Below are positions 31,454-42,429 of a DNA stretch of 64,000 bases, piece after piece. The translations under genes and the position numbers were made by a program. Positions within the stretch are counted from its first letter, which is position 1. Each line of letters begins with the position of its first letter. This DNA is from Chloroflexota bacterium (GTDB lineage: Bacteria; Chloroflexota; UBA11872; VXNJ01). Location: contig OZ253449.1 of the NCBI GenBank assembly GCA_965261345.1, positions 2,048,001-2,112,000 on the forward strand. Direction: 5' to 3'. Below the pieces are notes generated by a model. The model was not told the origin of the DNA. It saw only the letters and a program-made list of their open reading frames with translations, and ran no database searches.

Positions 31454-32392
31454 ATGCAACCTGTCATTCCTTCGCCCAGGCGTAACGCTTGGGGCGTAAT
31501 GAAGGCGCTTTTCAATGATGAGGAAGCCCGCAGCGGGTACCTTTTCGTAGCGCCTTCGTTCGTGTTTTTCCTAATTTTTACGCTGGCGCCGATTCTGATT
31601 TCGTTCTATTTGGCATTTTTCCAGTGGAACCCGCTCGACCCATTTGAGCTGGCCAAATTCGTCGGGATCGACAACTTCGTCGAGCTGATTACCAAGGCGG
31701 ACTTCTTGCGGACGATGTGGAACACCTTCGTGTTCGTGGTTGCCTCGGTGGGAATCATGGTCTGCGGGGCACTTGGCACCGCCATCGCCCTCAACCAGGG
31801 CTTACGTGCCGAGTCGCTGCTGCGTGGCCTCTACTACTCGCCGGTGGTTACCTCACTGGTGGCTACGGCGGTGATCTGGCTCTGGATTTTTGACCCCGAG
31901 TTCGGTTTCGTCAACTCCTTTATCGAACTGTTTGGGATTCCCGACCAGCGGTGGGCGTCCGATCCGGTGCTGGCCATGCCGACCGTTATCATCACCTTCG
32001 TCTGGCGCGAAATCGGGTACTTTACGGTCATTTATCTGGCCGGTCTGCAGGGAATACCGTCGGAATTGAAAGAGGCCGCCCGGATTGACGGCGCCAACGC
32101 TATTACAACCTTCCGATACGTGGTCATTCCCCTGCTCATGCCGACCACTCTTTTCGTGCTGGTGCTGGGCGTTCTGCGGGCCACCCAGAACTCGTTTGCG
32201 GTCATCTACGTAATGACTGGCGGCGGCCCGGTCAACGCCACCAACGTGATGGTGTTCTACATGTACCAAAACGCGTTTGAATTCTTCCGGATGGGATTTG
32301 CCAGCGCGGTCTCGCTTTTCATCTTCATCCTGATCTTTTCGCTCTCGCTAATCCAGTTCCGTCTCATCGGCTCCCGAACGGAATACCTCTAG
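31454..32392 (+). CDS. Carbohydrate ABC transporter permease (UgpA-like)
   Basis: LAGLQGIP..LKEAARIDGA EAA loop. Confidence 0.92.
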   Translation: MQPVIPSPRRNAWGVMKALFNDEEARSGYLFVAPSFVFFLIFTLAPILISFYLAFFQWNPLDPFELAKFVGIDNFVELITKADFLRTMWNTFVFVVASVGIMVCGALGTAIALNQGLRAESLLRGLYYSPVVTSLVATAVIWLWIFDPEFGFVNSFIELFGIPDQRWASDPVLAMPTVIITFVWREIGYFTVIYLAGLQGIPSELKEAARIDGANAITTFRYVVIPLLMPTTLFVLVLGVLRATQNSFAVIYVMTGGGPVNATNVMVFYMYQNAFEFFRMGFASAVSLFIFILIFSLSLIQFRLIGSRTEYL

Positions 32393-33286
32393 ATGGCCCA
32401 AATGCAGGCCCTCCCGGCTTCTGCAGTACGGGACAGCGGAGTCACGATTCGCTCGCAGCGATCTCGCTGGGTGCACGTGGCCGGTCGAACCGTTCTCTAT
32501 GTGGTATTGGCCGCCGGCATCCTTTACGTAACGATCCCCTACGTCTGGATGTTCTCGGCCTCCCTCAAGGAGGAGCGGGAAATCTACGAGGCCGGCCTAA
32601 ATTTCCTGCCCAGTTCCTTTTACCTGGAAAACTACATTGAGGTCCTGCGCGATTACAAGCTGCTGCGTTGGCTGCTAAACAGCTTTGTGATCGGATTTAT
32701 CGTAATCACTACCAATATGACCTTCACCGTCCTGGCGGGATACGCTTTCGCCCGACTGCGCTGGCCGGGTCGCAACTTCCTGTTTTTTGTTTATCTCGGG
32801 GCGATGATGATCCCGATCCAGGTCCGCCTCATTCCGAGTTTTATCATCATCAAAGAACTGGGCTGGATTAACACTTACCAGGGAATTGCCTCGCTGCAAC
32901 TGGTTGAATTTTTCGGCGTCTTCCTGATTCGCCAGTTCATGCTCAACATGCCGCGCGAACTCGAAGACGCCGCCCGCATCGATGGGTGCGGCTGGTTCCG
33001 GGTGCTCTGGCAGATCATCTTACCGAACTCCAAACCGGCCCTGGCGGCCCTGGCCATATTCACCTTTACGGCCTCCTGGAACAATTTCCTCTGGCCGCTG
33101 GTGGTGATCAACCAGGCCGACTACATGACGATCCAGGTCGGGCTCTCAAGCATGAAGGGCGAGATCATCCCCTGGGGCCTGCTGATGGCCGGCACCATGA
33201 TCTCGGCAGTTCCCCTGTTTATCGTTTACGTATTGCTCCAGAGCCTCTTTACCCAGGGCATCGTCATGAGCGGGATCAAAGGCTAG
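32393..33286 (+). CDS. Carbohydrate ABC transporter permease (UgpE-like)
   Basis: AGYAFAR, LEDAARIDG, WNNFLWP. Confidence 0.92.
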   Translation: MAQMQALPASAVRDSGVTIRSQRSRWVHVAGRTVLYVVLAAGILYVTIPYVWMFSASLKEEREIYEAGLNFLPSSFYLENYIEVLRDYKLLRWLLNSFVIGFIVITTNMTFTVLAGYAFARLRWPGRNFLFFVYLGAMMIPIQVRLIPSFIIIKELGWINTYQGIASLQLVEFFGVFLIRQFMLNMPRELEDAARIDGCGWFRVLWQIILPNSKPALAALAIFTFTASWNNFLWPLVVINQADYMTIQVGLSSMKGEIIPWGLLMAGTMISAVPLFIVYVLLQSLFTQGIVMSGIKG

Positions 33287-33581
33287 TTGGACTCGGCCGG
33301 CGGCTTTATTGACCGGCGGGCGAGCTTGACCCAATAGCCTGCGCTGGCGGTTGGCCCCACCGCGCGGACGCGGGAGTCCCGCCATCCTTAGGTGTCAGAG
33401 ATGACGTGGACGGAGATTCTAGAGGCTTACCTGGTTCGTAAATACCAAATCGGCAGCCGCTGCCTGGTCACTTTGGCTCAATTTATGCCATGTTAGGTTC
33501 GGTGCGCCGGCACTCTAAACGATCGACTAACGTTCGAGATCTAACAACCTAATGTGCGGTGGCGGCAGTCCGCCGCGGAAG

Positions 33582-34999
33582 TCAGGGTCGACCGACTCGC
33601 CATTGGCCAGATGGGGTAAATGCGGGCCCTTGGGCAATCAGCTTGCGTTTTTGTTGTGAGAGCAACACCCGCTCGGCCACCTCAGCAGGGTCGTAACCGG
33701 ACATTGCCTGGGCCCTAAGATCGGCCAGAACCCCGGCATAGTTCGGATTTCCGGCTTGGTCACATAGTTCGTCCGGGTCGGTTGCCAGGTCAAACAGCTC
33801 TTCGGGCTCGCCGTGGTAGTAGTTGTATTTGAGGTTTCCAACCCTTAGCATCCGGGCCGGCCCTTTTCCGCCGACCGCGGTGTAGTCGGCGATGACGGAG
33901 CCGACTGATTCGGGTTGCTTTCCTGATCCGAGCCCCGCAGGCTCTCGCCGGCCCAATAGGAGGGAGCCGTGGCGCCGGCGGCATCGACTATCGTGCGGGT
34001 GACGTCAACCAGGGAAACCGGTTGTTCAATCCGCCGCCCGCCCTCAATCTGTCCCGGCCAACGGATGTGCAGCGGAATACCGACCGAGTCTTCGTAAAAG
34101 GTTTGCTTGGTCCACAACCCGTGCTCGCCGTTGGCTTCACCGTGGTCGGAGGTGTAGATCACCAGCGTGTCGTCGGCTTGCCCGGAGTCGTCAACTGCCG
34201 CAAGCACACCTCCGAGGCAGTCATCGCAGTAGGTGACCAGCCCGTAGTAGGCCGCCCGCGCCCGGGCGATGAGCTCGGGCTCAATGTCTACGTAGGAGAA
34301 CCATTCGGCCAGTCGGCGCTTGTGCGGATGCATTTCGTCAAAGTGCGCTGGAATCCTGGGTTGGTCGGCGTGTTCAGGGTAGTACATGTCCCAGTAGTTT
34401 TTCCGGGCGACGAAGGGGAAGTGCGGGGTGATTAACCCAACCAAGATGGCCCACGGCCGTTCCGAATCAGCTTGCGCCCGGATATAGGTGCTAGCTTGGG
34501 CGGTGGCCACTTCGTCGTAGGCAGAATACGGGTCCTCGCCCGGTCCGGCCTGGGTAAAGATCGATTTATCAAAAGCCGCATTCTCAATGTTCCATTCGGT
34601 CCAATCAGCGGTCAATTTGGGGTTTGCGGTCCCGTGCACATCGGAGAGGATCCGGCGCTGAAAACCGTGCATCTGGTCGTAGCCCTGAAAGTGCATCTTG
34701 CCGCACAGTACGGTCTCGTAGCCGGCCGCGTTAAGGAGATGCGCCCAGGTGGCCTCGTCGCTACTAAAGCTCGCGGCGTTGTCCCACGCACCGATCTCGG
34801 GCAAATGCTGCCCAGCCATAAACGAAGCTCGCGAGGGCGCGCAGATCGGCGAATTGCAATATGCGTTGCTGAACGTGGAGCCCTCATCGGCTAGCCGTTG
34901 CATGTTTGGCGTTTTGACGAATGGGTGCCCGTAAGGGGCTGAAAAATTCCTTGAGTGCTCGTCACTCATCACGATCAAGATGTTTGGTTTTTTGCTCAC
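33582..34999 (-). pseudogene. Choline-sulfatase-like hydrolase with one frameshift near 33940
   Basis: CAPSR, GKMHF; C-terminus (KYNYYHG, ELFDL..DPDE) in another frame. Confidence 0.8.
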
Positions 35000-35076
35000 T
35001 TAATGGTTCCTATCAACTAGCTATTGGATTGCAACGGTGCCCGGCTCAATGCAGCCACAGCAGGACGCTTGATTGC

Positions 35077-36504
35077 TTAGGAGAAGTTACCGTTCCGGAA
35101 TGGTGCTCCCCAGATGTTCTTACCCGCGCCGCCGACCATCTTCGCTCGCGAAAATTGCGAATCGGTGGCCCGGGCAACTATCTGGGCTGGATCCCAGTCG
35201 GCGAGCGCAGCCTCGGTCAGGCTGGCGACGGTGGAGGCATAGGCCGGATCGCTGGCCAGGTCGACCAGCTCGTGCCGGTCTTCTTCCAGATCGAATAGCT
35301 CGCTGGATTCGCCGTGGTAGTAGTTGAGCTTGAAACGGCCTTGCCGGATACTTCGGCCGGGCCCGACCGACCCGTGGGCGTAGTAATCACATATGGCTGT
35401 CCCGCCACCGTCGGCGATCTGGCCAGACAGCAGCGGCAAAAGCGAAGACCCTTCGCATTGCCCCGAATCAGCGGTAGCGCCCTCGAGCATGGTCTTGACC
35501 AGATCGACCAACGAGACCACGCGCTGGTAGCGGGTGCCGCCCTCGGTCAAACCGGGCCAGCGCACGATAAACGGAATGCGGGTGGAATGATCGTAGAAAC
35601 TGCACTTGTACCAGAGTCCTTTTTCGCCCAGCTGCTCGCCGTGATCGGCCACATAGGCCACGACCGTGTTTTCCGCCAGGCCGAAATTTTCCAAGGCGTC
35701 AAGAATCTGGCCGATCTTCTCGTCGGCGAAGGTGCACAGACCGTAGTAGGCGGCGCGGGCTTTGCGAATCTGCTCAGGCGGGATGTTGCGGGTCTCAAAA
35801 TGGTCGAGCAGGCGTTCGTTTTGCGGGTGCAGGGTGCCCGATTCGCCGACGCCGTGATTGGGCATGTCGACGTTATCGGGATAGTACTGGTAGTAATACT
35901 GGTCGCGGGCCACGAACGGAAAATGCGGTGTAAAGATCGACGCGCAGATGGCAAACGGCCGGTCCTGGCGGTCCGGTTGGGCCAGAAACTCGATCGTGCG
36001 GCGAGCCACCTCATCGTCGTACTGCTGGTGCTGGTGATCCCCAGGACCTGGGATTTTGGTCAGCCGAGGGGCGTTGCTGGGCGCTTCGCTGAAGCTGCCC
36101 GTCCGCCAATCAGGCAGAAATCCGGATACTGCACCGCCACCGTGGATGTCATCTAGCAGGCGGTACTTGAATCCATGCATCTGGTCGGCGCCGACAAAGT
36201 GCATCTTGCCGCAGAGGGCGGTGTCATAACCGGCTACGTTGAGGCGGTGCGCCCACGTGGCCTGATCGCTGCGCAGGGTGGAGTTGTTGTCCCAGACCTC
36301 GACCGCATCCACATAGCGTCCGCTCATAAACGAGGCTCGAGAGGGAACGCACAGCGGTGAATTGCAATACCCGTATTCGAATGTGGATCCGCTGGCGGCG
36401 AGGCGGTCAAGGTTTGGGGTGCGAACGATCGGGTGCCCGTAGACCGAACTGTAGTAAGGGTTGTGCTCGTCGGTCATGATGATCAGAAAGTTCGGTCGAT
36501 CCAT
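35077..36504 (-). CDS. Choline-sulfatase-like hydrolase
   Basis: CVPSRASF, WDN, GKMHFVG.DQ.HGF, GLWYK. Confidence 0.9.
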   Translation of the reverse strand: MDRPNFLIIMTDEHNPYYSSVYGHPIVRTPNLDRLAASGSTFEYGYCNSPLCVPSRASFMSGRYVDAVEVWDNNSTLRSDQATWAHRLNVAGYDTALCGKMHFVGADQMHGFKYRLLDDIHGGGAVSGFLPDWRTGSFSEAPSNAPRLTKIPGPGDHQHQQYDDEVARRTIEFLAQPDRQDRPFAICASIFTPHFPFVARDQYYYQYYPDNVDMPNHGVGESGTLHPQNERLLDHFETRNIPPEQIRKARAAYYGLCTFADEKIGQILDALENFGLAENTVVAYVADHGEQLGEKGLWYKCSFYDHSTRIPFIVRWPGLTEGGTRYQRVVSLVDLVKTMLEGATADSGQCEGSSLLPLLSGQIADGGGTAICDYYAHGSVGPGRSIRQGRFKLNYYHGESSELFDLEEDRHELVDLASDPAYASTVASLTEAALADWDPAQIVARATDSQFSRAKMVGGAGKNIWGAPFRNGNFS

Positions 36505-36714
36505 GGCGGTCGATCCCAATTCGGTGCAAGGTAGCGGGCAGCTAAAAAAATCTCGTATCCATTAAATAGTCAATTGCGATCTCGATCCGCTTATTCCACC
36601 CTTCCCGGCTGTCCGCACAAGGTACCGGACACAACGGTCGGGCAAACCGGGCCTCCGATTAGCACAATTGAGCAACGACATTTTTAGAAAACCACGCCAA
36701 AGAGCTTTAGACCA

Positions 36715-37434
36715 ATGAGTGAGAACAAGGTGGCCCTGGTAACCGGCGGCAATCGCGGCCTGGGCCTGGAAATTTGCCGGCAACTGGCCGCCCGGAATTT
36801 CAATGTGATCCTTACGTCTCGCGACGAACGGTTGGGCGCGGTGGCGGTACAGCAGTTGGCCGCCGACGGGCTGGAAGTGCTCTATTGCCCGATGAACGTG
36901 GCCAAGTCATATACGGTGGATCGGGCAATCGAGTTTGCGCTCGGGTCGCTGGGCGGACTTGACGTGGTCGTAAACAATGCCGGTGCAACATTTGAATCGA
37001 GCCCGGCTGAGGGAACCGTGCAAGCGCTCTCCTGCACCGATGCCGCGCTGCTGGACAGCTTTCAAGTCAACGCTCTGGGAATCTACCGGGTCTGCCGGGC
37101 GGCGATGCCGGTGATGCTGGCGCGGGGCTATGGCCGGATTGTCAACGTGACATCGCGCATGGGCCAATTGGCCTCAATGAATTCTTCGGTTCCGGCCTAT
37201 TCGATTTCGAAAGCGGCCGCCAACGCGGTAACCCGCGTGTTTGCCGATCTGGTCGGTGAGGCAGACATCAAGGTGAATTCGGCCCATCCCGGGTGGGTCC
37301 GCACCGATATGGGCGGCCCCGACGCCGATCTGGGCATCGAGGAGGCGGCACAAGGTATGCTCTGGCTCACCAGTCTCCCTCCCGATGGCCCCAGCGGCCA
37401 GTTTTTCTTCGGCCGCGAACGCATAACCTGGTAG
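36715..37434 (+). CDS. SDR oxidoreductase (carbonyl-reductase-like)
   Basis: TGGNRGLG, NNAG, YSISK, HPGWVRTDMGG. Confidence 0.93.
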   Translation: MSENKVALVTGGNRGLGLEICRQLAARNFNVILTSRDERLGAVAVQQLAADGLEVLYCPMNVAKSYTVDRAIEFALGSLGGLDVVVNNAGATFESSPAEGTVQALSCTDAALLDSFQVNALGIYRVCRAAMPVMLARGYGRIVNVTSRMGQLASMNSSVPAYSISKAAANAVTRVFADLVGEADIKVNSAHPGWVRTDMGGPDADLGIEEAAQGMLWLTSLPPDGPSGQFFFGRERITW

Positions 37435-37480
37435 TAGATTGGTAACGGCAGCAGCGTGCGGAGCCACGGGCAGGCGGTAA

Positions 37481-37978
37481 ATGGGAGCTGAGACGAAGCC
37501 ACCGATGCGGGTCTATCGGTCAATCGATAGCAAGCTGGTTTCCGGGGTGGCCGGCGGGCTCGGTGAGGTTTTCGAAATTGATCCGACCCTGGTGCGCCTG
37601 CTCTGGGTGGTGGCCTTTTTTGTAACTGGCGGAATCGCACTGTTGGCCTACTTGGTCATGTGGGCGATAGTTCCCACCAGGACCAATATGCCAGACAATG
37701 ATCAGCCCACTGCCGGGGTTGGTGCCGATCAAGCGGCGGCCAATCCCGGCCCATCGGCCCCCGCCCCGGCTTCTAATGCAAGCCGTAGCCGAAGCGCGGT
37801 GATCGTCGGGGCGGTGCTGATCGCGCTCGGCGTGCTGATGCTGGCCGATCAGGTCATCCCGTTTAGCTTCTGGTCCGGCTTTGGAGACCTCGTCGAATTT
37901 ATGATCGATTACTGGCCGGTCTTGCTGATTGCCATCGGGGCCTTGATTCTGACCAGGCAATTGCGCAGAAGTAGCTAA
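37481..37978 (+). CDS. PspC-domain membrane protein with LiaF-like C-terminal TM domain
   Basis: YRS...GVAGGLGE..IDPTLVRL; YWPVLLIAIG. Confidence 0.85.
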   Translation: MGAETKPPMRVYRSIDSKLVSGVAGGLGEVFEIDPTLVRLLWVVAFFVTGGIALLAYLVMWAIVPTRTNMPDNDQPTAGVGADQAAANPGPSAPAPASNASRSRSAVIVGAVLIALGVLMLADQVIPFSFWSGFGDLVEFMIDYWPVLLIAIGALILTRQLRRSS

Positions 37979-38017
37979 CTACCTGTCGCCCCGGGCGGGC
38001 GATTTCGCGCGCTAGCG

Positions 38018-38947
38018 CTATTTGAGCCCGTATGCGCTGCGTACGTCGGCAACCTTGGGGAAACCGTGTTGGCCTTGGTGATACCAGTTGTCAAAGAAAT
38101 TGTTGGTTTTGAACCACTCGTGCCGCCCGTCACCGGCTTCGAGCCGCACCCCCATCGACAACTCAGTTAGGCGCTCGGGCGAAAACTGCTCGAACTGCTG
38201 CCCAATCAGCGTGTCCTGTTCCATGTCGGCCAACGAGGCCATTCCACAGGAAAGGGTGGTAATCGGCTGTGAGAGCGCAAAGCCCCGACAATCGGCCGCC
38301 GTCTGGCCGCCGTCGGTTATGAATTGACCGAATCCACCCAGTGACTTCATCCCGATGCAGGCCATTCCGCGCGCGCTCACAATCGGGAGCACCTCGTTGA
38401 TAAAGCTGCGATAGGAGGCATCGTATACGTTGACCGGCATCTGCACGCAGTCCCAGCCGTCGAAGCGTTCGAGCATTTCGACCAGCATCTGCGGGTGTTT
38501 GTGGCCGGTAAACCCGACGTAGCGCGTCTTTCCGGAATCGCGGGCCTGAATTAGCGCCTCAAAGCACCCGCCCTCGGCAAAACACCACTCGGGATCGTTG
38601 TCGTAGTTGATCTCATGCAGCGAAATGAGGTCGACATGGTCGGTTCCCAGGCGGGTGAGCGATTCGTCAATCTGCTCCGCGGCGGTCTTGCGGTCGCGGG
38701 CGCAGACTTTGGTCGCCAAAAAGAGGTCATCGCGCAGTCCCTTGATGGCCGCACCGACCCGGACCTCGCTTTCACCTTCGCCGTAATCCCAGGCGGTGTC
38801 CATGAAGTTGACACCGCGTTCGATCGCCCCGTGGATTATCGAAATCGAGAGTTCCGGAGAGTTGCCCGGCCGGACAATGTGACCGCAGCCGACCCCGATG
38901 ATGCTAAGTTCGTCGCGATGGCGGCCAAAACGTCGGGTCGGGATCAT
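38018..38947 (-). CDS. Aldo/keto reductase
   Basis: MDTAWDY, ATKV, GFTGHK, GMKSL. Confidence 0.9.
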   Translation of the reverse strand: MIPTRRFGRHRDELSIIGVGCGHIVRPGNSPELSISIIHGAIERGVNFMDTAWDYGEGESEVRVGAAIKGLRDDLFLATKVCARDRKTAAEQIDESLTRLGTDHVDLISLHEINYDNDPEWCFAEGGCFEALIQARDSGKTRYVGFTGHKHPQMLVEMLERFDGWDCVQMPVNVYDASYRSFINEVLPIVSARGMACIGMKSLGGFGQFITDGGQTAADCRGFALSQPITTLSCGMASLADMEQDTLIGQQFEQFSPERLTELSMGVRLEAGDGRHEWFKTNNFFDNWYHQGQHGFPKVADVRSAYGLK

Positions 38948-39112
38948 TACAGCGGCCTTTTTGGGCGGACGACAGCTAGGATTCTTGCCCGGTAGGGCCT
39001 TTCCGCCCGAGCCCGGGAACACAGCAATTGACTTTACCCTGATAATGATTTCGTAAGGATTTGACCGCGCGCCGCTCGTCGCCTTCTCGATGCGGATCCG
39101 GCAAAGTGGCAC

Positions 39113-40234
39113 ATGGCTAATTCGAATCGCCAGCTTGCGTTCGCCCAAGGCGGACGTGTAACGCGTCGCCGCCTGCTATCGGCGGTCGGCCTTGCTGCAG
39201 TTTCGGCATCGCTGTTTGCGAGCACCCCGGCAAGGGCCCTGATCGCGGCCCCGTTCGATGACGGGGATGATGGGGGCGCCGCCCGCGAGGAGGCGATTTA
39301 CATCCCTCAGACCGGTCACAACCTCACCGGTTCGATCCTCCACCACTGGTCCCGCTACGGTGCCGAATCGACCTATGGCTGGCCGGTTTCGGAAAAAACC
39401 GCTATCGGTGACCGGATCGTCCAATTTTTTGAACATGTGACGCTGGCCAACGACCCCACCGGGACGGAGCCGACCGGTGTGGTGGCGCTTCATTCGGGAA
39501 CTGATTGGTTTCATCGCCAGGCGGCCCTGCTAGGTTCACTGGACCGCGATTTTTCCGAAACCCTGATCCCCTGGGCTTGGGATGTGGGGATGCATCCGGC
39601 GATGAACGATCACCACCGCGACACCGGTGGCGTGTTCGCGTGGGGGAACCCGATCGACTGGGCCTATCTGCTCGATTCGCACACCTTGCTGCAACCATTC
39701 GAAAAAGCGGTCATAATCGCCCCGGCCGGCCTGCGGCCGGAACCGCTGCCGATCGGTCGTTTTTTGGCGCGCGAATACGGCAAATCAACCAGTGGGATCG
39801 CCCCGCTGCCCGGTGCGCGGCTCTACGACCCGGAGCGTTTGCGGCCGTCCTATGGGCCGCTGGAAGGGCGCTGGGTGGATGTTGACCTGACCCGGCAGCG
39901 AGTCATCTTCCATTCCACCGCGGGGCCGGAATTTGAGGTGATTACGTCCTCGGGCAAAGACGGCTTTTTCACCCCTCCGGGTCGTTATCTCGTCAACCGC
40001 AAGGTCAAGTCCGAGCAGATGACCGGGCTGTGGGGAACCCAAGAGTTTTACTACCTCGATCACGTCTATAACACGATCTATTTCACCTGGGAAGGGCACG
40101 CCCTCCACTATGCGTATTGGCATGATGACTTCGGAACCCGGCGTTCACACGGCTGCCTGAACATGCGCCTTCCCGATTCGGCCTACGCATTTGATTTCTG
40201 CCAGGTTGGGACCCAGATCAACATCCACTACTAG
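39113..40234 (+). CDS. L,D-transpeptidase (YkuD) with twin-arginine signal
   Basis: TRRRLL; IPQTGH..YGWPVSE repeat; HYAYWH..SHGCLN. Confidence 0.88.
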   Translation: MANSNRQLAFAQGGRVTRRRLLSAVGLAAVSASLFASTPARALIAAPFDDGDDGGAAREEAIYIPQTGHNLTGSILHHWSRYGAESTYGWPVSEKTAIGDRIVQFFEHVTLANDPTGTEPTGVVALHSGTDWFHRQAALLGSLDRDFSETLIPWAWDVGMHPAMNDHHRDTGGVFAWGNPIDWAYLLDSHTLLQPFEKAVIIAPAGLRPEPLPIGRFLAREYGKSTSGIAPLPGARLYDPERLRPSYGPLEGRWVDVDLTRQRVIFHSTAGPEFEVITSSGKDGFFTPPGRYLVNRKVKSEQMTGLWGTQEFYYLDHVYNTIYFTWEGHALHYAYWHDDFGTRRSHGCLNMRLPDSAYAFDFCQVGTQINIHY

Positions 40235-40980
40235 TGTCTCCGGCTGGGGTGACTAGCTTGCCGGGAACAGGTGCGGACCCAGCCCCAGCAATCCTGTTAA
40301 TTGACGATGAACCGAACCTGGTGGCCTCGTTGCGCTACAACCTGCGCCTATCGGGATTTGCGATCCACGCATGCCAGAGCGCCGAAGACGGGATCGACCA
40401 TCTGGCCCGCAATCGGGTCGACCTCGTGCTCCTTGATGTAATGCTCCCGGGGATAGACGGATTCGAGGCCTGTCAAATAATCCGTCGCCGGTGGGCGGTT
40501 CCGGTGATCATGCTAACCGCCCGCGACGAAGAGGTGGACCGGGTGGTGGGCTTAGAAATCGGCGCCGATGATTATCTGTCCAAGCCCTTTTCGGCGCGCG
40601 AATTGCACGCCCGCATCAAGGCTCTTTTGCGGCGCTCCAAATTGACGGTGCAGGATGCTGCTACCGGCGACCGACCACCGGACCTGCTGGACCGCGATCT
40701 GATTCTGGATCGGGCCGGGCGGATGGTGGAAATAAACGGTCAGGTGATCGAGTTGCGACCCAAGGAATTTGACCTGCTCGAGTACCTGTTGGCCAATCGC
40801 GGCCGGGTTTTTTCACCCGAACAATTAATCGAGGCGGTCTGGGGGCATGACTATATCGACGACCCGCGCACGGTTCGGGTGCACGTTAGCCAGTTGCGGC
40901 GCAAGATCGAGGCGGATCCGGCCGCCCCGGTGCGAATCCAGACCGTGCGCGGTTCCGGGTACCGCTACGCCCGTGGGTGA
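40234..40980 (+). CDS. phoB: OmpR/PhoB-family response regulator
   Basis: LDVMLPG, GADDY, TVRVHVS.LR; upstream of pst operon. Confidence 0.8.
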   Translation: MSPAGVTSLPGTGADPAPAILLIDDEPNLVASLRYNLRLSGFAIHACQSAEDGIDHLARNRVDLVLLDVMLPGIDGFEACQIIRRRWAVPVIMLTARDEEVDRVVGLEIGADDYLSKPFSARELHARIKALLRRSKLTVQDAATGDRPPDLLDRDLILDRAGRMVEINGQVIELRPKEFDLLEYLLANRGRVFSPEQLIEAVWGHDYIDDPRTVRVHVSQLRRKIEADPAAPVRIQTVRGSGYRYARG

Positions 40981-42340
40981 CGGGTTGGCAATTAGCACCA
41001 TCAGATTCCTGTTAATTCCGCTGGGATTTGTGGCGGCGGCGCTGGCCGGGGCACTGGTCCAGGGGTCGGCGGTGGGATTGGCAACGCTGGCAGTGTCGAT
41101 GGCATTCGGCGCCGTGGGGATCGCGATCGCCCTCTGGTACCGTAGGCTAACCGCAAGGCGGGAATTCGTTCTCGCCAGCGTGGCCCGCCGCCTGGGTTTT
41201 TCCAAGCTTGAGGACTCAGGTTATTTGGATGCCGCCGAATATGTCGCCCAGCGCCTACGGCATGGCCAAACGATGGCCCGCGAATTGCAGCATCTCTTAG
41301 CGAACATGGCCGATGGCGTGGTCGTGCTCGACCAGGATGATCACGTAGAAGTGATCAATTCGGCTGCGGCGAAGATGCTTGGAACCAGCCCACTGGAAGC
41401 CAGTGGGCTGACCTTAACTCGCCTGACGCGAGATTCGAAGCTGGTTGAACTGGTGGCCGGTGCCAGGCTCGAAAACACCGCCCGGCGGGCGGTGATCCGG
41501 CCGGTCCACCTAAATATGGCGATCCTGGCGGTGGCCATCTCGGTTACAGCTCAGCCCGGAAACCAAATTCTGCTGATCCTCCAAGACGTGACTGCCTCTG
41601 AGGGTCAAAGAGTCGCGCAACGCGACCTGGTGGCCAATATCTCGCATGACTTGCGGACGCCAGTGGCGGCGATCAAGTCGCTCAGCGAAGCGCTGCTGGC
41701 GGGGGCGGGCGAGCAGGTCGATCTGCGCGGTGATTTTCTAGCCCGGATTGATGCCGAGGCCGATCGCCTGATCGCGTTGACCGAAGACGTAATTGCAGCA
41801 GCCAAGGCGGACGCGCTGACCGATCGGATGGACTGCCAACAATTTGATCTTGCGGCAGTGGTCGGCGAACTCAAGCGGCGCCTGGACCCGTTGGCGCAGC
41901 GCGGCCAAGTGGACGTTCAGCTGGTCCAATCCGGTTCTCTGGTGGTGCTGGCCGATCGGGCGAAATTGGAGGTGGCGATCGCCAATCTGTTGCTCAATGC
42001 GATCAAGTTCACTCCGCCGGGGCGCTCGGTTTGGTTGGCGGTGTCCGCCGCCCATGGACATGCCCGAGTTACCGTTAGCGACCAGGGCGTCGGCATCGAC
42101 CCGACGATCCACGAGCGCATTTTTGAGCGGTTCTTTAAGGGGGACCCGACCCGCGCCAGTGCCGGTTCGGGATTGGGATTGACGATCGCCCGGCGCATGG
42201 CCCAACTGCACGATGGTCAGGTCAACGTTGCCTCGTCCGGCGTCGGTTCGGGCGCCGAATTCGAATTGAGCTTTCCGATGCGATCACAGCCGCCGTCCCT
42301 GGCGACAACGCTAGTTGACGATCCTCTAAATCGGAATTGA
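40973..42340 (+). CDS. phoR: PAS sensor histidine kinase, PhoR-like
   Basis: ISHDLRTP, NAIKF, D.GVGI, GSGLGL; start inferred. Confidence 0.82.
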   Translation: MGDGLAISTIRFLLIPLGFVAAALAGALVQGSAVGLATLAVSMAFGAVGIAIALWYRRLTARREFVLASVARRLGFSKLEDSGYLDAAEYVAQRLRHGQTMARELQHLLANMADGVVVLDQDDHVEVINSAAAKMLGTSPLEASGLTLTRLTRDSKLVELVAGARLENTARRAVIRPVHLNMAILAVAISVTAQPGNQILLILQDVTASEGQRVAQRDLVANISHDLRTPVAAIKSLSEALLAGAGEQVDLRGDFLARIDAEADRLIALTEDVIAAAKADALTDRMDCQQFDLAAVVGELKRRLDPLAQRGQVDVQLVQSGSLVVLADRAKLEVAIANLLLNAIKFTPPGRSVWLAVSAAHGHARVTVSDQGVGIDPTIHERIFERFFKGDPTRASAGSGLGLTIARRMAQLHDGQVNVASSGVGSGAEFELSFPMRSQPPSLATTLVDDPLNRN

Positions 42341-42353
42341 TATTCCGTTGATC
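42315..42353 (+). promoter_or_regulatory. Putative Pho box upstream of pstS
   Basis: TTGAC/CTAAA/TTGAT/TTGAT at 42315, 42326, 42337, 42348 (11-bp period). Confidence 0.6.
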
Positions 42354-42429
42354 TAAGCGGCCCGGACGCCACCGCGCACGTCCTATCTTCGTTGTGGGCA
42401 GCAAATAGCCACCTACAACGGGATCAGCA

